Part shown: positions 63,541-64,000 of the stretch, piece after piece
How positions within the stretch are numbered: the first letter of the stretch is position 1
Layout of the letters: each line of letters starts with the position of its first letter
Assembly: GCA_002269645.1 (NCBI GenBank)
Contig: NIVC01002592.1
Location: 1 to 64,000 of the forward strand
Source: Macrostomum lignano
Taxonomy: Eukaryota
Length of the DNA stretch: 64,000 nt
Direction of reading: 5' to 3'
Translations under genes and position numbers: made by a program
Notes under the pieces: generated by a model
Database searches by the model: none
Told to the model about the DNA's origin: nothing
What the model saw: the letters and a program-made list of their open reading frames with translations, nothing else

Positions 63541-64000
63541 ATGGAAAAAGAATTTGATAGCGACAACTTTTTTAATTTTTTCGATTCAGCCCCTGCTGGA
63601 AATGTAGTTCCGCCGCCCCTCGGAAACGCTAAAACACTGCCGACCAAACCTAGCTCTCGTTTCGGTGAGTTGCTTGATGAGACCGCTTTGGAGCGCAGAA
63701 TGCTAGAGAGCTCACCTGAGTCTACACTAGCAAGAGAAAAGTGGGCGATGAATGTGTTCCAGACGTGGAAGGAGAATCGTGTCCAACTGCAAATGCAAGG
63801 CCGTCTGTCAGGACTCGCGGTGATTAAGCCTGTCGAAGGGCTTACAAAGAATGAGATCAACGAACTGTTGCACTTCTTCGTTTTTGAGGTGAGGAAGGAG
63901 AATGGCGAAAAATATCCGCCGGGAACTCTGAAAAACTTGGTATCGATGATCCAACACTTTTACGTGAGCCTGTCGCTTCTGGAGATTCCAGCGCTTCTAT
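63541..64000 (+). CDS. Crypton/DUF3504-family (ZMYM/KCTD1/QRICH1-related) tyrosine recombinase, N-terminal part, open past the window end
   Basis: Manual translation from ATG 63541 has no stop up to 64000: SRFGELLDE...ESTLAREKWAMNVFQTW...ELLHFFVFEVRKENGEKYPPGTLKNLVSMIQHF. Absent from the ORF track, presumably because it has no stop in the window. Confidence 0.82.
   Translation, partial: MEKEFDSDNFFNFFDSAPAGNVVPPPLGNAKTLPTKPSSRFGELLDETALERRMLESSPESTLAREKWAMNVFQTWKENRVQLQMQGRLSGLAVIKPVEGLTKNEINELLHFFVFEVRKENGEKYPPGTLKNLVSMIQHFYVSLSLLEIPALL

Overview
Eukaryotic (animal) genomic DNA, repeat-rich, with GT-AG introns; no prokaryotic operon, CRISPR array, rRNA or tRNA gene is visible. Compact GC-rich exons and a possible trans-splice start would fit a free-living flatworm, but the taxon is inference only. 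Host genes: a 5-exon COQ8/ADCK3 kinase (16677-20311, 620 aa), a mitochondrial processing peptidase beta subunit (42652-44671) with no credible genomic start codon, and an intronless 4-TM orphan ORF (30043-30579). The rest is satellite and mobile DNA: a 4.8-kb ~24-bp satellite; a Gypsy element with apparently identical 256-bp LTRs, tRNA-Ser PBS and 5-bp TSD but lacking RT/RNase H/most of integrase; a 5.5-kb Mutator (MULE) with PHD, FLYWCH-like and DDE exons; several foldback MULE derivatives with 9-bp TSDs and tandem arrays in their arms; Tc1/mariner and P-like derivatives; and a terminal 6-kb zone with two Crypton/DUF3504-type recombinase ORFs and 14 copies of CCATAGAC. CpG-rich and strongly CpG-depleted blocks alternate.
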